A stretch of 64,000 bases of DNA from positions 210,264-274,263 of the forward strand of contig CAYNXC010000001.1 of NCBI GenBank assembly GCA_964401135.1, read 5' to 3'. Source of the stretch: an uncultured Candidatus Saccharibacteria bacterium (lineage in GTDB: Bacteria > Patescibacteriota > Minisyncoccia > Phycocordibacterales > UBA9988). Position numbers and translations under genes: made by a program. Shown here one piece after another: positions 39,249 to 48,217 of the stretch. Within the stretch, counting starts at the first letter, position 1, and each line of letters begins with the position of its first letter. The notes beneath the pieces were generated by a model, which ran no database searches, was not told the DNA's origin, and saw only the letters and a list, made by a program, of their open reading frames with translations.

Positions 39249-40496
39249 ATGAAAATTATTCTTCACACACTCGTAGCATTCTCTATTTTTTCAAGCATCA
39301 TCACAGTTGCTTTTGCAGCAGAAGGGGGTGGTATTATTCTCTTAGAGCCGAGTGTGGTAAATGCGGGTGAAAATAGCCGAGTCCAATTTGGTCAGTATAT
39401 GTCAACGCTCTTTACCACCTTTATTACCGTAGCGGCAGTGCTTGCGGTACTTATGATTGTGATTGGCGGCATCCAATACATCACTTCATTCTCTGGTAGC
39501 GGTAAAGAACAGGGGAGGGTGCGCATTACCAATGCTATTTTTGGCCTCCTTTTGGCGGTATCTGCGTTCCTCATTCTCCAAACAGTGAATCCGGACTTAG
39601 TCTCGAGCGACACTCTCTCGCTTGATATTGGTAAGTTCTCTCCTATCACACAAAGTATTGCAAATGGATTATATAGCAAAGATGGAACTCGCGATGAGGC
39701 TCATGAGACTAAAGAAACAGATAAATCTGAGGAGGCCGCTGAATGGGGCCGTTGCACTCAAAATGGGTACAAAAAGTGTGTATGGATGGAAAATTGTGTC
39801 TCCATCGGGCCAGACAACCAACCTCTACCATATGTGGAAATACCAAAAAACAACTGTGACAAGCCGGCTATTGCGGACCAGATTGCCTCTTCTATATGTT
39901 GTGGAATGATAGATACTGAAAATAAAAAATATTATTTTATTAACACTGACGAAAGCTGTATTTCTTCTGCTTATAACAGCCTGAATGAATGTAACTCAGC
40001 AAAACCGAGTAACACTGCATGTAGGGATACCGAGATGACTCGTAGAGCCAACGAGACTTTAAATTACCCTCAATGTAGCAATCCTTCTGGGGGTAGTGAA
40101 GGGGGAGACACTTCAACAATTGGACAATGGCAGTATCAAACAGGGATTGAGAGACAAGCGGGAGACATGTCTAGCTCCGTTACTTCATTACTCTCCTGCA
40201 TGAGAGAGAAAATTCCTGACACATCTGTCGGGCAGATTTCTTCAATCAGTGACTCTAGACATATAGGAAACTTGTCTTCTTGTAATCAGGCAAACTGTAG
40301 TGGATGTTCTCACTCATGTAGATCTTGTCACTACGGGGGAGGAGTTTCTGGAGCTAAATCTATGGCAGTTGACTTCGGTGATGAGTGGAATAAGAAAAAG
40401 ATTATAAGTGCAGCAAGAGCATGTGACCCAGAGGCCTATATTCTTGACGAAGGGAACCATATCCACGTAAGCACAAGCGCCTGTCCTCGTGATTAA
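39249..40496 (+). CDS. Pilin-like (VirB2/TrbC-like hairpin) N-terminus fused to a Cys-rich C-terminal domain with a putative M15-like zinc-hydrolase motif
   Basis: Signal peptide plus two long hydrophobic helices separated by a short loop. C-terminal region has more than 20 Cys, SCHYGGGVSGAKSMAVDF and EGNHIHVS. Confidence 0.45.
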   Translation: MKIILHTLVAFSIFSSIITVAFAAEGGGIILLEPSVVNAGENSRVQFGQYMSTLFTTFITVAAVLAVLMIVIGGIQYITSFSGSGKEQGRVRITNAIFGLLLAVSAFLILQTVNPDLVSSDTLSLDIGKFSPITQSIANGLYSKDGTRDEAHETKETDKSEEAAEWGRCTQNGYKKCVWMENCVSIGPDNQPLPYVEIPKNNCDKPAIADQIASSICCGMIDTENKKYYFINTDESCISSAYNSLNECNSAKPSNTACRDTEMTRRANETLNYPQCSNPSGGSEGGDTSTIGQWQYQTGIERQAGDMSSSVTSLLSCMREKIPDTSVGQISSISDSRHIGNLSSCNQANCSGCSHSCRSCHYGGGVSGAKSMAVDFGDEWNKKKIISAARACDPEAYILDEGNHIHVSTSACPRD

Positions 40497-40504
40497 ATAG
40501 AACT

Positions 40505-41758
40505 ATGTCTTCCACTATTGTTAAAATTCTCTTCGGTCTCGCCATCGTCATACTCCTTTCCATTGGTGGGGGACTCATCTGGTACACACTCTTCTACCAA
40601 GCAGTGCCAGAGCCAATCAATACCGCGACAAGTTCTCCAGAGAATCTCTTTCCTGTTGGCGGAGAAGTAGAAGTAAGTACGGCAACCAGCACCGCAAGCT
40701 CTACACTTGGCGTGGCGGTAACAGGAGGAGGAGTAAGGGCGCGAGAGTTGCTTTCAAACCCGATCGCCGGATTTGGAGTATTTGGCTACTCAGCAACAAA
40801 TACGGTAGTTATTGCGGTGGATCGGAGCAATGGCCATGTGTACCGCATCTCTATTGCGTCTAGCACGGTTGAAAAAATCGCCAACACAACACTAGTAGGA
40901 GTGCAGGAGGCGTATGTAGGGGAGACTAAGAGCCTGTACTACATTATTTCTCGCTACGAGGCAAATTCAGGCTCACATACGCATATACAAAGCATTAAGA
41001 AGAGCTTGATAGCCATTACTGCAAGCTCAACAGTAAATTCGGGATCTCTACTCCCTCAAACGATCACGAGTATTGCTCTCTCCCCTAAACGAGATAGGTA
41101 TGCAACAGTGGTGAAGGGGAGTACTGGAGGGAGTATTGTATACATCACCGACTTTGCAACTGGGAAAAAACGGGAGTTGTACCGCTCACCACTTACTGAA
41201 TGGAATCTCCTCTGGCCCAACGAGAGTACACTCACCTTAGAGACAAAGGGATCATCTCGTGTACGAGGCACTCTTTTAAGTATCAACGCACAAACAGGAG
41301 CAGCGACGCGGATACTCGGTAATATAGCAGGGCTTACCTCACTTCCATCTCCCTCTCTCTCATACATCCTCGCTTCAGAGAGTAGAGATGATGGTGGAAT
41401 CAACCTATTCCGCTACACACCAAAATCGGGAGACCGAACACCACTCCCATTCTCTGTATTCCCTTACTGGTGTGTATGGGCACAAAAAACAGAAGGGTTG
41501 CTGTATTGTGCAGCTCCAGACACTATTCCTTCTGTACCCTTCCCCGACACATGGTACCGAGGGGAACTTTCTTTTAACACAAAAATATGGGAGTTTAATG
41601 TAAAAACAGGGGATAGTGAGATCGTGTGGAATCCAAATCTCACAGGGACTCTAAGAACAGAGGCACGGAACCTTGCTCTAAACTCTTCCGGGACACTCCT
41701 CTTCTACATAGACGACAATAATCTGACACTCTGGTCAGTGCGTCTCACTGATCTATAA
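40505..41758 (+). CDS. Membrane-anchored beta-propeller (TolB/WD40-like) protein
   Basis: N-terminal TM, then repeated beta-blade-like segments (ATVVKGSTGGSIVYITDFATGKKREL...). Confidence 0.45.
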   Translation: MSSTIVKILFGLAIVILLSIGGGLIWYTLFYQAVPEPINTATSSPENLFPVGGEVEVSTATSTASSTLGVAVTGGGVRARELLSNPIAGFGVFGYSATNTVVIAVDRSNGHVYRISIASSTVEKIANTTLVGVQEAYVGETKSLYYIISRYEANSGSHTHIQSIKKSLIAITASSTVNSGSLLPQTITSIALSPKRDRYATVVKGSTGGSIVYITDFATGKKRELYRSPLTEWNLLWPNESTLTLETKGSSRVRGTLLSINAQTGAATRILGNIAGLTSLPSPSLSYILASESRDDGGINLFRYTPKSGDRTPLPFSVFPYWCVWAQKTEGLLYCAAPDTIPSVPFPDTWYRGELSFNTKIWEFNVKTGDSEIVWNPNLTGTLRTEARNLALNSSGTLLFYIDDNNLTLWSVRLTDL

Positions 41759-41765
41759 GCGTATA

Positions 41766-42464
41766 CTACGCGTGGAGGCGTTTATAGCCCTGTTCGTAAG
41801 CAATAGAGAAGAGGGTGTTAGTAAGCCAGTACAGAGCAACTGCGGCAGGGAGGCCAGCTGATACCACACCAATCACTATCGGCATAATATACTTCATTTG
41901 GAACTGCAGACTTCGATTAAAATCCTCAGCAAACGAGCGTTCTTCAGTTTGATTTGGAGAGGATGAGGGGAGAGAGAGTTTTGTGTGAATAAACTGTGCA
42001 ATGGTAATAATTACTGCAAACACAATACTTTTTGCACCTAGATCAACACCAAGAAAGATGGCATTAACATACGATGGCGCATGAACAAATGAGTAGAGCC
42101 CGTACTTGAGAGACTCCAGACCATCCCGAAAGACAAGAAATAAGCCAATAAATATGGGTATTTGCACTAAAATAACGGCAAACCCAGCAAAGGGATTGAC
42201 CCGGTGTTCTTTATAGAGCGCCATGACGCGACGAGCCTCCTCTTCACGATTACCAACAGTGTCTTTTTTGATTTTTTTCAGCTCCGGTTCTATTTTTTTC
42301 AGCTCTTTCTGTGTAGATAGAGCTCTATTTTGGAGAGGGATAAGCACTATCTTTACCAGCACTGTAAGAACAATAATAGAAAGTCCAATACTATTCCCAG
42401 GGAGTACTCCTGTTAAAAACACGAGGGCATTATAGAGAGGTTCGGATATGAGTGTATGGAACAT
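41766..42464 (-). CDS. yidC: Membrane protein insertase YidC/Oxa1 (short form)
   Basis: Conserved YidC core LIPLQNRALSTQKELKKIEPELKKIKK...NPFAG. Position is downstream of rnpA. Confidence 0.85.
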   Translation of the reverse strand: MFHTLISEPLYNALVFLTGVLPGNSIGLSIIVLTVLVKIVLIPLQNRALSTQKELKKIEPELKKIKKDTVGNREEEARRVMALYKEHRVNPFAGFAVILVQIPIFIGLFLVFRDGLESLKYGLYSFVHAPSYVNAIFLGVDLGAKSIVFAVIITIAQFIHTKLSLPSSSPNQTEERSFAEDFNRSLQFQMKYIMPIVIGVVSAGLPAAVALYWLTNTLFSIAYEQGYKRLHA

Positions 42465-42471
42465 ACAGTGA

Positions 42472-42804
42472 CTACCTTAGCATATTCTTGATAGAAGTGA
42501 GAAGTTCATCTGTCTTCATCTTTAACTCCTTCTCACTCATTGTAGAGGGGTACGCAGTGAGACGGAGTACCATATCTACACCCTTGCCAATAAAATTATG
42601 TTGTTCAATACTCGTGTAGAGTATGCGTTTGACACGATGGCGATCAACAGAGCTCTTCACCACCACTTTTGGGACAACCACAGAGATTTTCGTCTCTGTG
42701 GAGGAGTGGGCAATGCGAATAGTAGTGAAAGGATTAGTGTATGTTAACCATCTTCTACGGATAGAAAAATCGGCCCTCTTCAGCCGATTTTTTTTAGGCA
42801 ACAT
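42472..42804 (-). CDS. rnpA: Ribonuclease P protein component
   Basis: MLPKKNRLKRADF.. basic N-terminus, between rpmH and yidC. Confidence 0.75.
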   Translation of the reverse strand: MLPKKNRLKRADFSIRRRWLTYTNPFTTIRIAHSSTETKISVVVPKVVVKSSVDRHRVKRILYTSIEQHNFIGKGVDMVLRLTAYPSTMSEKELKMKTDELLTSIKNMLR

Positions 42805-42815
42805 ACACAGTATGG

Positions 42816-42950
42816 CTACACAGCAAGCTTTTTGCGACCTTTTCGCATCCGCCGCAACAAAACACCACGCCCAGAAGAAGTCTTTGTTCTGGTAAGAAAC
42901 CCATGGGTCTTCTGCCTCTTTCTATTCTTTGGATTATAGGTAAACGACAT
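42816..42950 (-). CDS. rpmH: 50S ribosomal protein L34
   Basis: Own translation: [44 protein letters not shown] (44 aa). Below the ORF-track size cutoff. Confidence 0.8.
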   Translation of the reverse strand: MSFTYNPKNRKRQKTHGFLTRTKTSSGRGVLLRRMRKGRKKLAV

Positions 42951-43096
42951 ACGAATGGAGTATACAGAATGTATATACTTTTTTCAAGAGAATATACTTA
43001 TCCACCATAATCCACTCCTTATAAACATCTTGGATAGGTTTGTAGTTTAGTACTAAGAGTACTATAATCGCAACATAAAAATAACGAGCGGACCCT

Positions 43097-44440
43097 ATGG
43101 ACAACAAAGATCTTTGGGACAACGCCCTTGCGGAGATTGAAGTATATGTATCAAAAGCTAATTTTGGAACATGGTTTCGTAATACAGTAATTCTAAAGAC
43201 GGAAGGTGGGACAGTACATCTCGGAGTACCTAATGCTTTTGTGAAGGATTGGCTATCTAATAAATACCATCTTTCTATTCTTAAAGCGTTGAGAAATCAC
43301 TCTGAACAAATAAAGCATGTTGAATATATTGTTATTCGTGGAGAAAAGATAAAGATAGAAGAACTGCCAGTTAAACCCCTCTTTCGCGATCAATTAGAGC
43401 TATCTGAGTTGTATGTAAACAAAGAAGACAACTTAAACCCAAAATACATCTTTGATTCTTTTATTGTTGGACCATTTAACGAGACAGCATACGCCGCAGG
43501 ACAAGCAATCATTAAATCTCCAGGGACTACATACAATCCCTTATACATCTATGGAGGTACAGGGTTAGGAAAAACACACCTCACCCAAGCAATAGGGAAC
43601 ACCATCAAACAATTACACCCAAATAAAAAAGTTTACTACATTACTTCGGAGAAATTTGTTATCGAGGTAGTAAATGCAATTCAGAACAATAAAGCAAATG
43701 TATTCAAGGAAAAATATCGTAAGTATGATGTGTTTATTATGGATGATGTTCAATTTATTGCTAATAAAGATAAAACACAAGAAGAATTATTCCATTTATT
43801 TAATAGCCTATACGATCAAAATAAGCAGATTATTTTTTCATCAGATAAAATTCCAAAATATATACCAAACTTAGAAGAACGGTTACGATCTCGTTTTGAA
43901 GGTGGAATGATTATTGATATTGCACTACCAGACTACGAATCTCGCCTAGCAATATTAAAATCTAAGATAAAACAGAGTGATTTTTCTCCATCTGATGAGA
44001 TCATTGAATATGTTGCGTCAGTTATTAAGGGAAATATTAGAGAATTAGAAGGTGTTCTTAACTCTATTATTTGCCAATGCCAGTTAAAAAATAGAAATTT
44101 GAATTTGAGTGAGGTAAAAAACCTTATAAAAAATACCATAAAACCACAAAAAACCATCTCTATTAAGGATGTTCTTAAGATTATTGCTGGGTTTTATAGT
44201 ATTGATGAGAAGGTACTCTATGAAAAAACAAGGAGGAAGGAGGTAGTAAAACCGAGACAAATTATTATGTATATCCTCCGTGAAGATTTCAACATCTCTT
44301 ATCCTTACATTGGTCAAAAATTAGGTGGGAGAGATCACACAACTGTGATTCATGCATATGAAAAAATAAAAAAAGAAGTAAAACAGAATAATCTTATTAC
44401 ACAAGAAGTCGAACAAATACGGTCATTACTATACAACTAA
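43097..44440 (+). CDS. dnaA: Chromosomal replication initiator DnaA
   Basis: AAA+ Walker A GGTGLGKTHL, box VII, and the C-terminal DNA-binding signature KLGGRDHTTV. Confidence 0.9.
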   Translation: MDNKDLWDNALAEIEVYVSKANFGTWFRNTVILKTEGGTVHLGVPNAFVKDWLSNKYHLSILKALRNHSEQIKHVEYIVIRGEKIKIEELPVKPLFRDQLELSELYVNKEDNLNPKYIFDSFIVGPFNETAYAAGQAIIKSPGTTYNPLYIYGGTGLGKTHLTQAIGNTIKQLHPNKKVYYITSEKFVIEVVNAIQNNKANVFKEKYRKYDVFIMDDVQFIANKDKTQEELFHLFNSLYDQNKQIIFSSDKIPKYIPNLEERLRSRFEGGMIIDIALPDYESRLAILKSKIKQSDFSPSDEIIEYVASVIKGNIRELEGVLNSIICQCQLKNRNLNLSEVKNLIKNTIKPQKTISIKDVLKIIAGFYSIDEKVLYEKTRRKEVVKPRQIIMYILREDFNISYPYIGQKLGGRDHTTVIHAYEKIKKEVKQNNLITQEVEQIRSLLYN

Positions 44441-44657
44441 TATGTATAACTTGTGAATTATTAGTGAATAAAAAGTAGATAGTAAATTTTAAAAATAAAA
44501 AAATAAAAGATAATTCACTTACATACATACCTTATGTTCATACTATATCCACAATTCATAATAGTAAAAAATTAACACTAAACTCCTTTATAAGACTTAT
44601 CCACTTTATCAACAATACTAATAGTAATAAGTATTTAAAAAAAAGAATTTAATTATT
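44441..44657. other. Candidate oriC: AT-rich dnaA-dnaN intergenic region with DnaA-box-like 9-mers
   Basis: More than 80% AT. Contains ATATCCACA (44555-44563), TTATCCACT (44597-44605) and TGTGAATTA (44453-44461). Further boxes TTATCCACC, TAATCCACT and TGGATAGGT lie upstream of dnaA (42998-43039). Confidence 0.5.
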
Positions 44658-45752
44658 ATGAAAGTAGAATGTGTAAAAGAAAAACTAAAGGACGCATTAC
44701 TTACTGCTGATCGTATTACAGGTAAAAATTTATCGCTCCCCATCCTTTCTTATATTTATCTGCGAGCAATAAAAAATAAAATAATTATTAGATCAACAAA
44801 CCTTGATATTGGTGTTGAGATTATACTACCAGCAAAAGTAGTGAGAGAAGGACTAGTTGTTGTTCCTGGTTCATTACTTATTTCTGTACTATCAAATTCA
44901 ACCCATGAGATGATTACCCTTGAAGAAGTGAATGGTAATATAACAATTACTACACCAAATTTAAATACAATTATTAAGAGTGTCCCGAGTGATGATTATC
45001 CAAATTTACCTAAAAACGAAACAAGTGATGAGTATACACTACATACTTCACTCCTTACTTTAGGTATACAATCTGTTGTATTTGCGGCCTCATTGAGTGA
45101 TATTAAACCAGAAATAGCGAGTGTTTATATCTACTCTCACGACTCTCAATTATTATTTGTTTCGACTGATGGATTTAGATTGGCTGAAAAAAAGTTTCCA
45201 ATAAAATTATCACATGAATTTAAAGCCATTATTCCTTATAGAAATGCACTTGAAATAGCAAAGATCTTAGTTGGAAGTGATGAAGATTCTAAGATATTAC
45301 TCTCACCATCACTTATATCAATTCAAAGTGGGAACTATACTATTACTTCACGACTTATTGATGGGGTATATCCAGATTATCCACAATTAATACCATCATC
45401 ATTTTCTACTACATCAAGAATACCAAAACAGGACCTTGTAAACACATTACGACTCGCTCATATTTTTTGTGATAGAACAAATCAAATTCAACTTACTATT
45501 CAAGTGAGTGAAGCACTTTTTATGATTTATTCTCAAAATACTGAGAAGGGTGAATACTCGTCATCATTACAGTCAATTGTTGATGGTGAAGATCTACAGA
45601 TGAATGTTAATGTACGATATTTAGTGGATATATTATCCATTCTTCACAACCCAACAGTGTTTATTGGGTGTAATGGTCGTGGTAAGCCACTTTTTGTTCG
45701 GGATGATGGTGATAATTCTTTTCTATATCTTGTCATGCCAATGAATCGGTAA
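44658..45752 (+). CDS. dnaN: DNA polymerase III beta sliding clamp
   Basis: Position after dnaA, roughly 364 aa, three-domain clamp-like pattern. Confidence 0.8.
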   Translation: MKVECVKEKLKDALLTADRITGKNLSLPILSYIYLRAIKNKIIIRSTNLDIGVEIILPAKVVREGLVVVPGSLLISVLSNSTHEMITLEEVNGNITITTPNLNTIIKSVPSDDYPNLPKNETSDEYTLHTSLLTLGIQSVVFAASLSDIKPEIASVYIYSHDSQLLFVSTDGFRLAEKKFPIKLSHEFKAIIPYRNALEIAKILVGSDEDSKILLSPSLISIQSGNYTITSRLIDGVYPDYPQLIPSSFSTTSRIPKQDLVNTLRLAHIFCDRTNQIQLTIQVSEALFMIYSQNTEKGEYSSSLQSIVDGEDLQMNVNVRYLVDILSILHNPTVFIGCNGRGKPLFVRDDGDNSFLYLVMPMNR

Positions 45753-45755
45753 TGT

Positions 45756-46016
45756 ATGAACTCAATCTCTGATTTTTTAGGTAAATTTTCACAATTTCAA
45801 GATAATCAATCTCGGATAAAAAAAACGATATCCAGTATTATTCAAAATATATCAGGGATGGATATTCCTGAAACAAATATAGATATTATAGAAGATAGAG
45901 TCTATCTTAAGGTACACCCGGCTATATTAAATGAAATACTCATTCACAAATCTGTGGTGCTAACAGAAATTGAAAAAAAAACAAAAAAAATGTATAGAAT
46001 TATCGGCTTATCGTAG
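45756..46016 (+). CDS. DUF721-like small protein (possible DciA-like helicase-loader homologue)
   Basis: 86 aa immediately after dnaN, with a pattern reminiscent of DUF721. Weak support. Confidence 0.35.
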   Translation: MNSISDFLGKFSQFQDNQSRIKKTISSIIQNISGMDIPETNIDIIEDRVYLKVHPAILNEILIHKSVVLTEIEKKTKKMYRIIGLS

Positions 46017-48177
46017 AGGTAGCTGTGGTGGTATTTATAGGCGCAGTAGTAATCGTCGGTTTGTTAACATAGTGATGCTGTTGCGCCCACTTCTGTATAG
46101 GGGTTTCCCAAAGTATATACTGCGGATCGTTCTCTGGGCGGATAGGTCGTGCACCTAATGGGTTATTTTTGTTTACCCAATATAGAATTGAGTGAATGTT
46201 TGCTGCCACTTCTCCTTGCCAATATCCTCGTAATACAGGTTTAATATCAGTGGGTGTAGTTTCCGGTTTTGTGAATGACTCTTTGGGAATAATCGTTAAA
46301 GCTTCACTCATAAATGTATTCCAGAGAGGCGCAACAATATAGCGCGCCACTCGTTTCTCCATAGGTGTATTGTCGTTATTACCAACCCATGCTCCAACAC
46401 TAATAGTTGGTGTATACCCAAGTATCCACGCGTCTTTGTAATCATTTGTGGTACCAGTTTTTACCGCAACATCATATCCAGGGAAGTAGAGAGGGGAGTT
46501 TGCTCCAAATGCAGGTGTCCTTGCTACATTATCTGAAAGTACATCAGTAATTTGACGAGCAACATTAACGGTGATGACTTGTTTGGGGTTTTGTGTGAAC
46601 TCCTCAACAATTCTCCCTTTTGAATCTTCTATTTTTAAGATAAATGCAGGCTGGTTGCGTACTCCATCATTCGCAAATACACCATAAGCACTCGTAAGTT
46701 CAAGCAATGTTACTTCACCGCCACCAAGTGCGAGAGAGAGACCGTACTGATTTGAATTACCAAGATTTTTAATACCCATTACATTTGCTGTATTAATTGA
46801 GTCGCTTATCCCTGCAAGGTACATTACTTTTACTGATGGGATGTTAATCGACTGTGCAAGTGCGTTTCGCATACTAATTGGACCACGGAATATTGAGTCG
46901 TAGTTTTCTGGGTGATAACAAGAGGATCCATCCGCGCCTGTTTTTGATGTCCCGTCAGGATTACAAGAAGTATCAAACTCAGTAAATAAATCAAAAAGGA
47001 CAGTGTCTGGTGTGTATCCTTTTGCAAATGCGGTTGCGTATGCGAAGGGTTTAAATGTAGATCCCGGTTGGCGGTGTGCAAGGGTGATATTGAAGTTGCC
47101 CTCATTGTCTCTATCAAAATAATTTCGTGATCCTACCATTGCGAGAATTTGTCCTGTCTTTGGGTCTAGTGCTACGAGCCCTGCATTCTTTGCATTGAAA
47201 TTAGTCTCATTCTCTGCTGCGTATTTTGCAACAATTTCTTGTGCACGACTTTGAAGGTGCCAATCAAGTGTTGTGACTACAGAGTATCCCTCTTGTTCAA
47301 TCGTCTCTCTCCCGTACTTCTCTTCAAGGTATGAGCGGACATAATCTACAAAGTGTGGGGCTTTGATACCGCCTCCGCCTCGTTGGTTGAAGGTTATTTT
47401 CTCTGATCGTGCTTGGATGAATTGTTCTTTATTAATCTTTCCTAAATCAAGCATCCTCTGCAGAATAAGATTCTTTCGTTCCTCAAGCCTGTCTTGGTGG
47501 GACCCGTACGGTGAGAGGTATGATGGAGCTTGCGGGAGTGCCGCAAGGTATGCAGATTCCGCAAGACTTAAGACTCGAGCGCTCTTCCCAAAGAATGACT
47601 GCGACGCCTCCTCAACCCCATAAATACTTCCGCCATAGGGAGCTTCATTTAAGTAAATAGCAAGAATATCATCCTTAGCCATTGAGCGCTCTAGTTTTAC
47701 TGCAAGGATTACTTCTTTTATTTTTCTGGTGATACTCCTATCACTAGTCAAGATTGCCATTTTAATAACTTGCTGGGTTATGGTTGAGCCACCCTGCCGT
47801 ACCGATCCAGCCCCTAGGTTTACGAGGAATGCCCGTGCGATACCTCTAGGATCTACACCATTGTGCTCAAAAAAGTTAGCATCCTCGATTGCTATTGTTG
47901 CGTCCTGGACTGTCTTTGCTATGTCGCTTAATGGGACAATAGTCCTCTTTACATTCCCGTGTACATCGTAGAGTACCACCTTCCCCGTGCGATCATAAAT
48001 CTTAGTTGATTCAAAGATGTCTCGAGCTTGGAATGAGTCAAATGTTGGTATGTCTAAAGTGACTGCCCATAAGACAGAGACGCCGGTGGTGACAAAAAAA
48101 ATAATCCCCGCAAGTGCAAGGCTCTTGAGTGCAAGACGAGTGGTGGAACTCTGTTTAATTTTCTTTACCCAACCCAT
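46000..48177 (-). CDS. Class A penicillin-binding protein (transglycosylase/transpeptidase) PBP1A
   Basis: Glycosyltransferase motifs EDANFFEHNGVD and GGSTITQQ. Transpeptidase SxxK (STFK) and KTGT. Confidence 0.85.
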   Translation of the reverse strand: MGWVKKIKQSSTTRLALKSLALAGIIFFVTTGVSVLWAVTLDIPTFDSFQARDIFESTKIYDRTGKVVLYDVHGNVKRTIVPLSDIAKTVQDATIAIEDANFFEHNGVDPRGIARAFLVNLGAGSVRQGGSTITQQVIKMAILTSDRSITRKIKEVILAVKLERSMAKDDILAIYLNEAPYGGSIYGVEEASQSFFGKSARVLSLAESAYLAALPQAPSYLSPYGSHQDRLEERKNLILQRMLDLGKINKEQFIQARSEKITFNQRGGGGIKAPHFVDYVRSYLEEKYGRETIEQEGYSVVTTLDWHLQSRAQEIVAKYAAENETNFNAKNAGLVALDPKTGQILAMVGSRNYFDRDNEGNFNITLAHRQPGSTFKPFAYATAFAKGYTPDTVLFDLFTEFDTSCNPDGTSKTGADGSSCYHPENYDSIFRGPISMRNALAQSINIPSVKVMYLAGISDSINTANVMGIKNLGNSNQYGLSLALGGGEVTLLELTSAYGVFANDGVRNQPAFILKIEDSKGRIVEEFTQNPKQVITVNVARQITDVLSDNVARTPAFGANSPLYFPGYDVAVKTGTTNDYKDAWILGYTPTISVGAWVGNNDNTPMEKRVARYIVAPLWNTFMSEALTIIPKESFTKPETTPTDIKPVLRGYWQGEVAANIHSILYWVNKNNPLGARPIRPENDPQYILWETPIQKWAQQHHYVNKPTITTAPINTTTATSTISR

Positions 48178-48217
48178 TGCTCTTTATCATACCACACATT
48201 TATGGTACTTTGAAGCG

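Noticed and set aside
42934-43122. 62-aa minus-strand ORF spanning the rpmH-dnaA spacer
   Set aside because: It overlaps the real rpmH gene in another frame and the DnaA-box region. Rejected as spurious.
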